A stretch of 64,000 nt of DNA from positions 1,346,302 through 1,410,301 of the forward strand of contig OY730414.1 in NCBI GenBank assembly GCA_963422615.1, written 5' to 3'. The stretch is from Longimicrobiales bacterium. Lineage in GTDB: Bacteria > Gemmatimonadota > Gemmatimonadetes > Longimicrobiales > Gaopeijiaceae. A program made the translations under genes and the position numbers. How positions within the stretch are numbered: position 1 is the first letter of the stretch; the number at the start of each line of letters is the position of its first letter. Below, in pieces: positions 43,497-52,410 of this stretch. Under the pieces are notes generated by a model. That model was given only the letters and a program-made list of their open reading frames with translations, had not been told where the DNA came from and searched no databases.

Positions 43497-44213
43497 TTGG
43501 CGTGCGCCGGTCCGGTGGCGGAGCTCGGCTACGACGTGCGGCGGACGCTTCCTCATGATCCGGATGCGTACACCCAGGGCCTCCTTATCCATGAGGGCTT
43601 CTTCTTCGAGAGTACCGGGCGCTTCGGCGAATCCGAGCTTCGTCAGGTCGACATGAGGACGGGCCGGGTCGTTCGAAGCCACGCGCTCTCAGAAGATCAC
43701 TTCGGCGAAGGATTGGCCAGGGTCGGTTCGAAGTTGATGCAGCTCACCTGGAAGGCGGGCCTCGCCTTTGTCTACGACATGGAAACCTGGGCTCTGGAGA
43801 CAACCTTCGAGTATACGGGAGAGGGGTGGGGTCTCTGCTACGACGGAGAATCTCTGCTCATGTCGAACGGATCCGGCACCCTGACACGAAGAAGCCCGGA
43901 TACCTTCGAAGTGTTGCAAGAGATACAGGTGACCCGGGATGGCTTTTCGGTGAGAAGTTTGAACGAACTGGAGTGCGTGGGCGACCACGTATACGCAAAC
44001 GTCTATATGTCGAATGACATCTTGCGGATCGACAAAGCGACGGGAAGGGTCACGGGAGGACTCGACGCCTTCGCCCTCTCCGTGGAGAGTAACCGCCCGC
44101 CCGGCGAAGAAGCGGTACTCAACGGCATTGCATACGACGAATCCACGCGCACCTTCTACGTGACCGGAAAGCTGTGGCCGCGCATGTTCGAGATTGAGAT
44201 TACCGGAGGGTGA
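43497..44213 (+). CDS. Glutaminyl-peptide cyclotransferase (beta-propeller type)
   Basis: LPHDPDAYTQGLL...ESTGRFGESELRQVD...LMQLTWKAG...YANVYMSNDILRIDKATGRV. TTG start. A possible signal-peptide segment (MHRLVAAAMAAM) lies in a different frame upstream. Confidence 0.7.
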   Translation: MACAGPVAELGYDVRRTLPHDPDAYTQGLLIHEGFFFESTGRFGESELRQVDMRTGRVVRSHALSEDHFGEGLARVGSKLMQLTWKAGLAFVYDMETWALETTFEYTGEGWGLCYDGESLLMSNGSGTLTRRSPDTFEVLQEIQVTRDGFSVRSLNELECVGDHVYANVYMSNDILRIDKATGRVTGGLDAFALSVESNRPPGEEAVLNGIAYDESTRTFYVTGKLWPRMFEIEITGG

Positions 44214-44303
44214 CGGGGTCTTGTGGAGGAGGTGGGCGCGCGGGACCGGCGACGGTGCGAGAACGTAGCTAGACGTCCGACGTCCGCTGCCCGTTAGCGG
44301 TTT

Positions 44304-45617
44304 TCAGTCCCACGGCCGTTCTTCATCTGCAAAGGTAGCGAAACCGGCGACATCGGTCGCGGCTGCGGCGATGCGCGAAGTGCCTTGTCGGATGTCGTCC
44401 ATGCTGTTGGCGATGGAGAGACGAAGAAAGTCCTGACCCGTCACGTCAATCCCCCCGAACGAGGCCCGATCCATGGTGGCGACGCCGTGCCGGTAAAGGA
44501 AGAACATCTGCAACATGCCCGCTGGCGTCGTTCTGGCCCGGGAGCCCTGGGGCAGTCTTTCGTAGGCCTTGTAGACGCCTAGGCGACGACACAGTCCCGA
44601 CACATTCGGAAACACGTAAAACGCTCCTTTTGGCGTGTTGCACCGAATGCCGGGAATGGCGTTCAGGGCGGGCACGATCCAGTCCCGCCGGACCTGGAAC
44701 GCCCGGACCATCTTCCGTACCGCCGCTTCGGACGCCGGATCTGTGTAGGCAGCCGCACCGGCCTCCTGGAGGAAGGGAGGAACGCACGAGATGGTGTTGA
44801 TGTTGAGTTGCTTGAAGAGAGCCGCTTCTTCCGCCGTCGGAAGAACGGCCCAGCCCAATCGCCACCCCGTCATGGCAAAGCCCTTTGAGTGACCACTTGC
44901 CAACACGGTTCGTTCCGCCATACCGGGGTGGGAGATGATGCTCCGGTGCACAAGGCCGTCAAAAAGGATGTGCTCGTAGATTTCGTCGGCGAAGATCCGC
45001 ACGCCCGGCCGACATTGGTCCCGAATCACGGCGGCAATCCCGGCCAGGTCGTCACGGGAAAGAACGCCTCCCGTCGGGTTGGAGGGAGAGCAGAGGATGA
45101 CGAGTTTGGTCCGCTCGGTGACAAGGGGTGCCAGATCGTCGGCGGTAAAGGCGAAGTCGGTGTCCTCCGAAAGACGGAGCGGGACAGGAACGGCTCCCCA
45201 GAACCGAATCCAGGACTCGTAGATCGGGAAGCCGGGTGTGGGATACACGACTTCGTCTCCGGCGTTCACGTAGGTTTGAACGGTGTAGCCGATTGACGGC
45301 TTGGCCCCGGGGGTGACGACGACGCGGTCGGGAGCGACTTCCACGCCGCGGGTACGGCTCACATGCTCCGCAACCGCTTTACGGAGCGGAAGGATGCCGG
45401 CGGGGTCGCAATACCCGGATCGGCCGGCCTGGAGGGCTTCCATGGCAACTCGGTTCAGGTGCGAAGCAGCGCGGAAGTCCGGCGCCCCCAAGTTGAATCG
45501 GAGGACGTCCATCCCCCGGTCCAGGCACCGCTGAATGTCTTCGCCCAGCCGGAACGCATTTTCGGTTCCCAGACGGGCCATACGTTGTGCAATGACGTCC
45601 AAGGAGCCCTCCACGTT
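44304..45617 (-). CDS. PLP-dependent aminotransferase class I/II (aspartate-aminotransferase-like)
   Basis: LGAPDF...NPTGGVLSRDDL...SGHSKGFAMTGWRLGW (PLP-lysine motif). The start is uncertain: GTG 45617 or ATG 45581. Confidence 0.8.
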   Translation of the reverse strand, partial: NVEGSLDVIAQRMARLGTENAFRLGEDIQRCLDRGMDVLRFNLGAPDFRAASHLNRVAMEALQAGRSGYCDPAGILPLRKAVAEHVSRTRGVEVAPDRVVVTPGAKPSIGYTVQTYVNAGDEVVYPTPGFPIYESWIRFWGAVPVPLRLSEDTDFAFTADDLAPLVTERTKLVILCSPSNPTGGVLSRDDLAGIAAVIRDQCRPGVRIFADEIYEHILFDGLVHRSIISHPGMAERTVLASGHSKGFAMTGWRLGWAVLPTAEEAALFKQLNINTISCVPPFLQEAGAAAYTDPASEAAVRKMVRAFQVRRDWIVPALNAIPGIRCNTPKGAFYVFPNVSGLCRRLGVYKAYERLPQGSRARTTPAGMLQMFFLYRHGVATMDRASFGGIDVTGQDFLRLSIANSMDDIRQGTSRIAAAATDVAGFATFADEERPWD

Positions 45618-45771
45618 GGGAATTCGTCCGGGGTTGACCCGTGACTTCGGTTGCGAACCGTACTTCGGGAAAAATCTTCCCCGGGCGAAGAATGAAGCAG
45701 TATCCGCCGTGGCGCGTGCCGCGGGAGCCGCCGGAGCGGCGCCCCGCCCGCACAACGCCCAGCGGGGCCGG

Positions 45772-46281
45772 CTATCTCCGCGTCGCGATCCCTTGGACTT
45801 CGAACCGGGCGCCGAACAGCAATGTTCCGGCTCCCAGGAAGGCCCGGGCGGGGTATTCCCTGGTGAAGTACGTCCGGTAGACGCTGTTGAAAGCCGCGTA
45901 GTCGCCGACATCGGAAGCGAACACCTGAACGCTGACCAAGTCGTCCATGGTAAGACCCTCGCCTTCAAGCACCCCCTTGATGTTGTCGAGGACGAGGGTG
46001 GCTTCGGCCTCGGCCGTGGCCGGCACCTGACCACCCTCCAGTCCAAGGGCTCCCGACAGGTACAGGGTGTTGCCGACCCACACGGCTCCGCTGAACGGGA
46101 GCGCGTCCTCGTCGGCGGGGGAGCGGGGGTTGACGTATGTCCTTGATTCCTGGGCGGTGGCAGACTCCGGAGCATTCGATTCTTGGGCGGCCGAGGAGGC
46201 GTCGCCGGGGGCGCAGCCGGGGAGAAGGCAGAGGAGTCCCAGGATGGGGAGCAAGGGTGCGCGTGTTGTCTTCAAGTCCAT
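45772..46281 (-). CDS. RidA/YjgF-family (endoribonuclease L-PSP-like) lipoprotein
   Basis: Lipobox MDLKTTRAPLLPILGLLCLLPGCA. The C-terminus AFLGAGTLLFGARFEVQGIA is typical of RidA. Confidence 0.8.
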   Translation of the reverse strand: MDLKTTRAPLLPILGLLCLLPGCAPGDASSAAQESNAPESATAQESRTYVNPRSPADEDALPFSGAVWVGNTLYLSGALGLEGGQVPATAEAEATLVLDNIKGVLEGEGLTMDDLVSVQVFASDVGDYAAFNSVYRTYFTREYPARAFLGAGTLLFGARFEVQGIATRR

Positions 46282-46391
46282 GGAAAGTACCTTGGTATCC
46301 AGAGGATTCATTCGTGAATGGGGTAAGCTGAGGATAAGGAGTTTCCCAGCACCCTAGCAAGGAGGAGGACGGACGTGAACCACAAGCTGGA

Positions 46392-46740
46392 ATGGCGGTA
46401 CTACCGCCCGGGCTGAATGGGCTGCAAACGCACGCAGGAGTTTCTTGCGAAGAACGGGATCGAAACGGAATTCGTCCAGAATGCGGCGAGCGACCCGGTC
46501 GTTGGGGAGAGTGCCCTGGCCCTGCTCAAGGGGATGACGGAGCTTCGTGTGGGGAGGGGACGCAAGGCGGTGCGCTTCGACCTGGAGCAGGAGCGGCCCT
46601 CCGACCCGGAACTGCTGGGGTCAATGCTCGGACGTTCGGGGAAGCTGAGAGCCCCGGCCATGAAGATCGGCTCCACGCTCGTGATCGGTTACAACCAGGA
46701 CCTGCTTGCTTCGGTGTTCGGAAGGGGGGAGTCAGGATGA
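46392..46740 (+). CDS. ArsC/Spx-family (thioredoxin-fold) protein with a probable frameshift at ~46411-46419
   Basis: ORF 46417-46740 (CKRTQEFLAKNGIE...RAPAMKIGSTLVIGYNQDLL) matches the ArsC/Spx family but lacks the first beta-strand. That strand (MAVLPPGLNG) is present in the adjacent frame from ATG 46392. Confidence 0.5.
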
Positions 46741-49703
46741 CAGTTGGCCAGAAATCCAAGTCTTTGACGCAGATTCTGCGGGTGGCAGATCGAGTCCGTC
46801 GAATCCGAGGGACGAAACCTACTCGTGTCTTCACCCTCGCATTGCTCTTGGCCGTCGGGTTGCCGCTGCCCGCGCTCTCGCAGAAGATCGCCCTCGACCA
46901 CGAGGACGTGCTTCGCTGGAAGACGATCGGCAGTCCCTCCCTGTCCCCGGACGGGGTTTGGCTGGCCTTCGTGCTCACCTCCATGGAGGGCGATCCGTCT
47001 CTTGTCATCAAAGCCGCGAGGCCAGGAGGCCCGGAGGTTGCGGTTCGCGGGACGGATCCCGTGTTTACGTCGGGTTCCCGCTACCTGGTCTACCGGGTTC
47101 CTCCCCTGGAATCGGTCGTCGATTCCCTGAAGCGGGAGGGGACGAAGGGCGACGACCTGCCCGGGGACTCCCTGGCCGTGGCAGACTTGGCGGCAGTCTT
47201 TGCCGACGAAGGGCCCCGACTCTCCGGGATTCGTTCGTTGGGCCCCGTAGAGAACCACAAGGTCGCGCCCCAAGGAACCTGGGTGGCGTACACGCCCGTC
47301 AGGGAAGACGGCGAAGAAGGGGAAGAGGAAGCCCAGGACGAAGCCCCCCCGGACGAACCGATTCCCGCGGGGGAAGGGGACCGGGACAAAGCCGACGGTT
47401 CTGCCCTGGTGCTTCTGAACGTGTCCACGGGAGCGGAAACGCGGTACGATGGGGTGTCGCTCTACGATTTCGCGGAAGAGGGCGCCGTCTTGGCCTTTGC
47501 CACGTCCACGAAGGACGGAAGCGGCGACGGCGTCTACGTGGTTTCCCTGGAAGACCGGGTTCGCCACCCGGTTATGGAGGGAGAAGGGCGCTACGAGAAG
47601 CTGGCCGTGGCGAAAGATGGGCAGCGGGTGGCGTTTCTGGCCGACCGGGACAACTTCGATGCCGAACAGCCGGAGTTCACCCTGTACCAGGCCGCCTCTT
47701 CGAACTGGGCGGCAGCACCCCTGGCGAATTCCGGGACCAACGGGGTTCCGCCCGGCTGGTGGGTCAGCGAGCACGGAGACGTCCGGTTCTCGGAAGGCGG
47801 CGCATTTCTGTACTTCGGCACGGCGCCCAGACCCGAACTCGAGGAGGAAGACGAGACCCTGGAGGAGGACCAGGTCACCCTGGATGTCTGGAACTGGAAG
47901 GACCCGTACCTCCAGCCCATGCAACTCGTTCAGGCCGAAGAGGAGCGGAATCGCACGTACACGGCCGTGGCCTCTTTCGCCGGAGACGAGATCGTCCAAC
48001 TGGGTAGACCGGAGGTGCCCTCGGTTCGAATTGCAGCGGAAGGGGACGCGGCGCATGCCCTGGGCGTCAGCAACGTGCCCTACCGCCAGCTGGTCTCTTG
48101 GGACGGGCGCTACAACGACCTCTATGCCGTTGACCTGGCAAGTGGAGAACACCGCCTGATCGCGGCGAGGGTCAAGGGTTTCTTTGGCGCGTCCATTTCA
48201 CCGTCGGGAACATACGCCTCCTGGTGGGACGGGGCCCGCCGTCACTGGGTGGTGGCGCCTCTGGAAGGCGGCGACCCGGTGGTTGCGAGCGCCCAAGTTC
48301 CGCACCCCGTGTGGAACGAGCGGGACGATCACCCGGACCAGCCACCCCCCTACGGTTCCGCTGGTTGGACGGAGGAAGACGGAGCGTTTCTGTTCTACGA
48401 CCGGCACGATGTCTGGCGCTTCGACCCGGTTTCGGGGGCGACCGCAAACCTGACGGCGGGGAGGGGTCGAGAGGCCGGCACCCGGTTCCGGTACGCCCGG
48501 ACCGATCCAGAGCTGGACGCCATCCCGGAGGGGGAAGCCCTTTGGCAGGCTTTCCACTACCAGAACAAGCAATCGGGCTTCTACCGGGGACGGACGGACC
48601 GGCCTGTGCCCCCGGCCCGGGTGGTCATGGCGGACAAGGCCTACCGTCTGCGGGGAAAAGCGAAGGAGGCCGATCGGTGGCTCATCACCCGCGAAGACTT
48701 CCGGGAGTTTCCGGACCTCTGGGTGACGGACGGGGACATTACCGACATGGCGAGGATGTCCGACGCCAATCCTCAGCGGGCCGAGTACCGGTGGGGATCG
48801 GCGGAGATCGTGGAATGGACCTCCAACGACGGTGTGCCCCTCCAGGGCATGCTTTTCAAGCCCGACGGCTTCGATCCCGCGGGGACGTATCCCATGATGG
48901 TGTACTTCTACGAACGCATGTCGGACGGGATCCACAACTACAGGTTGCCCCGCCCGGGGGGCTCCTCCATTTCCGTGCCGTTTTATGTGAGCCGGGGCTA
49001 CGTGGTGTTCATCCCCGACATTCCCTACGAGATCGGTTACCCGGGGGAGAGCGCGTTGGACGCGGTGGTGCCGGGTGTGCTTCGGGTTCTGCAGGAAGGC
49101 TTCGTGGCAAGGGACAAAATCGGGGTCCAGGGCCATTCCTGGGGCGGGTATCAGATCGCCTACATGATCACCAAGACGAACCTCTTCGCCGCGGCCGAGG
49201 CCGGCGCACCGGTGAGCAACATGACGAGTGCCTACGGGGGAATCCGCTGGCAGTCGGGCATGAGTCGCATGTTCCAGTACGAGCGAACCCAGAGCCGCAT
49301 CGGGGGCACCCTCTGGGAATCGACCAACGAGTACCTCCACAACTCCCCCCTTTTCTACGCCGACAAGATTCACACCCCTCTCCTCATGATGCACAACGAC
49401 CAGGACGGGGCCGTACCCTGGTACCAAGGGATCGAGATGTTCGTGGCCATGCGGCGACTGCAGAGGCCGGTGTGGATGCTCAACTACAACGGGGAAGCCC
49501 ATGGTCTGCGTCGGGAAGCCAATCGCAAGGACTGGGCGGTGCGCATGCAACAATTCTTCGACCACTATCTGAAGGGTGCGCCAGCTCCGGTGTGGATGGA
49601 GGAGGGCATTCCCGCCATCGAGAAGGGAAAGACCTTGGGGACCGATCTTGTGAAGCCCCCGCTTGGGGATGGCCCCCCGGGCCCGGCGGCCGGGAAGCTG
49701 TAG
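46737..49703 (+). CDS. S9-family serine peptidase (prolyl oligopeptidase/dipeptidyl-peptidase-like) with N-terminal beta-propeller
   Basis: Signal peptide. Catalytic triad: GHSWGGYQ (Ser), MMHNDQDGAVP (Asp), NGEAHGL (His). ATG overlaps the upstream stop (ATGA), preceded by GGGGGGAG. Confidence 0.9.
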   Translation: MTVGQKSKSLTQILRVADRVRRIRGTKPTRVFTLALLLAVGLPLPALSQKIALDHEDVLRWKTIGSPSLSPDGVWLAFVLTSMEGDPSLVIKAARPGGPEVAVRGTDPVFTSGSRYLVYRVPPLESVVDSLKREGTKGDDLPGDSLAVADLAAVFADEGPRLSGIRSLGPVENHKVAPQGTWVAYTPVREDGEEGEEEAQDEAPPDEPIPAGEGDRDKADGSALVLLNVSTGAETRYDGVSLYDFAEEGAVLAFATSTKDGSGDGVYVVSLEDRVRHPVMEGEGRYEKLAVAKDGQRVAFLADRDNFDAEQPEFTLYQAASSNWAAAPLANSGTNGVPPGWWVSEHGDVRFSEGGAFLYFGTAPRPELEEEDETLEEDQVTLDVWNWKDPYLQPMQLVQAEEERNRTYTAVASFAGDEIVQLGRPEVPSVRIAAEGDAAHALGVSNVPYRQLVSWDGRYNDLYAVDLASGEHRLIAARVKGFFGASISPSGTYASWWDGARRHWVVAPLEGGDPVVASAQVPHPVWNERDDHPDQPPPYGSAGWTEEDGAFLFYDRHDVWRFDPVSGATANLTAGRGREAGTRFRYARTDPELDAIPEGEALWQAFHYQNKQSGFYRGRTDRPVPPARVVMADKAYRLRGKAKEADRWLITREDFREFPDLWVTDGDITDMARMSDANPQRAEYRWGSAEIVEWTSNDGVPLQGMLFKPDGFDPAGTYPMMVYFYERMSDGIHNYRLPRPGGSSISVPFYVSRGYVVFIPDIPYEIGYPGESALDAVVPGVLRVLQEGFVARDKIGVQGHSWGGYQIAYMITKTNLFAAAEAGAPVSNMTSAYGGIRWQSGMSRMFQYERTQSRIGGTLWESTNEYLHNSPLFYADKIHTPLLMMHNDQDGAVPWYQGIEMFVAMRRLQRPVWMLNYNGEAHGLRREANRKDWAVRMQQFFDHYLKGAPAPVWMEEGIPAIEKGKTLGTDLVKPPLGDGPPGPAAGKL

Positions 49704-50058
49704 AGTCCCGGGGAGCTTGGGGCAGACCCCGGGATGGCCCTGGCCGTCTCCCGGGAAGCGGAGAATGATGGGAGTCGTCCTTGCCGTGGGGAGCTCGGGA
49801 GCGAATCCCGCTTTAGTTATCGGCGGGGCCGACCCGGTTGCGTACCGTCCGACCCAATCGCTAGCTTGTGGGCACCATGTGGTGGCGTCCACCGGCCCCA
49901 AGCGCGGGGCCGGGGCGCCAACTTTGGGCTATTGATCTATTGATTCTACCTCCTCCCATCTTCTCTTCCGCCATCGGTTTTGCAACGATCGGGGGTCTCG
50001 CAGAGGGGATGTCGGGGGTGCGAATCCGAACCGAACTTCGCCTAGGAGATTCCGCCGA

Positions 50059-50364
50059 ATGGCCAAGAGGGGCAAAATTCAGAAGAACGACAAACGTGCT
50101 CGTTTGATCGCCAAGTATGCCGAGCGGCGGCGGGAACTCACCACAATCGTCAAGAATCCGGATGCGCTGCCTGGCGAAAAGCGGGATGCCATGGCCCGGC
50201 TTCGGGCGCTTCCTCGAGATTCCGCGGCGGTCCGGTATCGCAACCGTTGCCAGATGTCCGGGCGACCGGGGGGATTCATTGGGAAGTTCGGACTGTCCCG
50301 GATTGCCTTTCGCGACATGTCCCTCCACGGCCTGATCCCCGGCGTGCGAAAGTCTTCTTGGTAG
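50059..50364 (+). CDS. rpsN: 30S ribosomal protein S14 (long form, stand-alone paralog)
   Basis: MAKRGKIQKNDKRARLIAKYAERRREL...FGLSRIAFRDMSLHGLIPGVRKSSW. Only one Cys, so it is a zinc-independent type. Confidence 0.9.
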   Translation: MAKRGKIQKNDKRARLIAKYAERRRELTTIVKNPDALPGEKRDAMARLRALPRDSAAVRYRNRCQMSGRPGGFIGKFGLSRIAFRDMSLHGLIPGVRKSSW

Positions 50365-50514
50365 GAGGCCCGGTTTGATCCGGGTGGGTGTTCCCGGGCA
50401 GCCGGGTTGGTGGGAATGGGAAGAGGAGGCCCTTGCTGACGGCGTCGGGTTATTTTGGGGTTCGGGTCCTTGGATTGTTTCGGGCGCGGTCGGCAGAACG
50501 CGCGGGCCGCTTAG

Positions 50515-51264
50515 GTGAACCCTGGGAGCGAAGCTGGCGGGAAAGGCGAGGGCCGAAATGGTGGGCGCATTGACCGGTCCTACTATGACCACTCCGCCTA
50601 CTTTGACGGCGTTGCTCGTCTGCACGACTTCCAGAGCCGCTTCCAACGATACCGGGTGGAGAAGGTGCTGGCGCTTCACTCACCCCGGGCGACGGACCGA
50701 GTTCTGGACTTGGGGTGCGGCTGGGGAACGATAACCTATGCCCTGGCGCCTAGGGCAAAAGAGGTCGTCGGACTCGACTTTGCCGAACGAGCGATCGCGA
50801 TGTGCACCGCCCGCCTTGCCCGGGCCGGGCTTGACAACGTGGTCTTCCGGGTCGGGGACGCCAGGGACAGCGGATGTTCTCCCGAGACGTTCGATGTGGT
50901 CGTGGCAGCGGACCTGTTTGAACACCTGTATCCGGAGGATTCGGAGGCGGTGGCAGCCGAAGGATATCGGGTTCTGAAGCCGGGCGGCACCTTTGTCGTG
51001 TGGACGCCGTGCCGAAGTCACGTCATCGAAGTTCTCAAGAACAACGATATTCTCCTCAAGCGGGATGTCAGCCATGTCGACTACAAGTCGATGCCGCGCA
51101 TGAAGGAGATTCTTGCGAAGGCCGGCTTCGGGATCAGAAGGGCGACCTTCGTCGAGTCTCACCTTCCGGGTCTGAACCTGTTGGAGCGCTTGGCACAACG
51201 CTGGGTCCCCCTCCTTCGACGAAGGATCGGAGTGGTGGGCCGGAAGCCCCGGGACGCCCGATAG
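50515..51264 (+). CDS. Class I SAM-dependent methyltransferase
   Basis: Motif I VLDLGCGWGTITYALA; post-I GLDFAE; motif II VVAADLFEH; YRVLKPGGTFVV. Confidence 0.75.
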   Translation: MNPGSEAGGKGEGRNGGRIDRSYYDHSAYFDGVARLHDFQSRFQRYRVEKVLALHSPRATDRVLDLGCGWGTITYALAPRAKEVVGLDFAERAIAMCTARLARAGLDNVVFRVGDARDSGCSPETFDVVVAADLFEHLYPEDSEAVAAEGYRVLKPGGTFVVWTPCRSHVIEVLKNNDILLKRDVSHVDYKSMPRMKEILAKAGFGIRRATFVESHLPGLNLLERLAQRWVPLLRRRIGVVGRKPRDAR

Positions 51265-51267
51265 CGC

Positions 51268-52341
51268 ATGCTTCCGGTCGAGTTGTCGGATGGTGGCGGG
51301 TCCCTGCAGCGCGGCGGATCCCCGCAATCCCCGGATCCCCGCAGGGCCCCTGAGGACGGGACCGACCTCGTGGCCTCCTACACGACGCCCCTCACGGAGC
51401 ACGCCGGGATCCAGGTGCCCCTCATCTGCGGCGCGATGTATCCGTGTAGCAACCCGGAGCTCGTGGCCGCCGCGTCCAACGGAGGTGGCCTGGGGGTCTT
51501 ACAGCCGTTGAGCCTGACTCGGGTTCACGGATACGATTTTCGAGAGGGGCTTCGCTTCATCCGGCGGATGACGGGCAACCCCGTGGGCATGAATGTCCTG
51601 ATCGAGAAGTCGTCCCGGCGATACATGGACCGCATGTTCTGGTACGTGGATATCGCGCTAGAGGAGGGCATTCGTTTCTTCGTGACGTCCCTGGGCAACC
51701 CCCGGTGGGTGGTGGAGCGGGTAACCCCGCACGGAGGCGTAGTTTACCATGACGTCACGGAACGGAAGTGGGCTTTGAAGGGATTGGACTCCGGGGTACA
51801 CGGGCTGATCGCCGTGAACCGGCGGGCAGGGGGACATCCGGGGCCAGGGAGGATCGAAGAGCTCATTGAGGAGCTTGGCGGCCTGGGGGTCCCGGTGGTG
51901 TGCGCCGGAGGGATCGGCACGCCGGCAGGGTTTGCCCGGGCTCTGGCCCTGGGCTATGCCGGAGCTCAGTTGGGGACCCGCTTCATCGCCACCCGGGAAT
52001 GTACGGCCTCGAAGGCGTACAAGCAGGCGATTGTTAACGCCCAGGAAAACGATGTGCTTCTGTCGGAAAGGCTGACGGGTCTTCCGGTTGCCGTGTTGAA
52101 TACGCCCTACATTCGCCGCATGGGGCTCAAGGCCGGTCCCCTGGCGAAACACCTCTTGGGGAACCGGCGCACCAAGTATTGGATGCGAACCTTCTACGGG
52201 TTCATGGCTCGCCGACGATTGAAGCGATCCCTGACGGACGGCGAAAGGGAAATCTGGCAAGCGGGGAAAAGCGTCGGGGGGATCGAAAGCGTCGAATCTG
52301 CTACCGCCGTCGTTCGGGAGTACGCGGCCGCGGTTGGCTAG
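51268..52341 (+). CDS. NAD(P)H-dependent flavin oxidoreductase (nitronate monooxygenase / 2-nitropropane dioxygenase family)
   Basis: GIQVPLICGAMYPCSNPELVAAASNGGGLGVL and the TIM-barrel FMN-binding pattern. Confidence 0.85.
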   Translation: MLPVELSDGGGSLQRGGSPQSPDPRRAPEDGTDLVASYTTPLTEHAGIQVPLICGAMYPCSNPELVAAASNGGGLGVLQPLSLTRVHGYDFREGLRFIRRMTGNPVGMNVLIEKSSRRYMDRMFWYVDIALEEGIRFFVTSLGNPRWVVERVTPHGGVVYHDVTERKWALKGLDSGVHGLIAVNRRAGGHPGPGRIEELIEELGGLGVPVVCAGGIGTPAGFARALALGYAGAQLGTRFIATRECTASKAYKQAIVNAQENDVLLSERLTGLPVAVLNTPYIRRMGLKAGPLAKHLLGNRRTKYWMRTFYGFMARRRLKRSLTDGEREIWQAGKSVGGIESVESATAVVREYAAAVG

Positions 52342-52410
52342 CCAGCTACGGTTTGTTGGGTAAGCCATAAGGGCGTCCGACGGGGGGCCAAGGCCGCCAA
52401 ACGTGAACGC

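Noticed and set aside
46392-46736. N-terminal 115-aa extension of the S9 peptidase ORF
   Set aside because: Peptidase homology and the signal peptide begin at ATG 46737, which has a strong RBS. The upstream stretch is better explained by the ArsC-like gene in another frame.
49950-50058. tRNA-like T-arm resemblance (GGGGGTGCGAATCCGAACC) upstream of rpsN
   Set aside because: It is not a canonical GTTCGAATCC T-loop in context, and no acceptor or anticodon arms can be folded around it.
49861-50679. 272-aa minus-strand ORF
   Set aside because: It is antisense to the clearly recognisable rpsN and shows no domain-like sequence.
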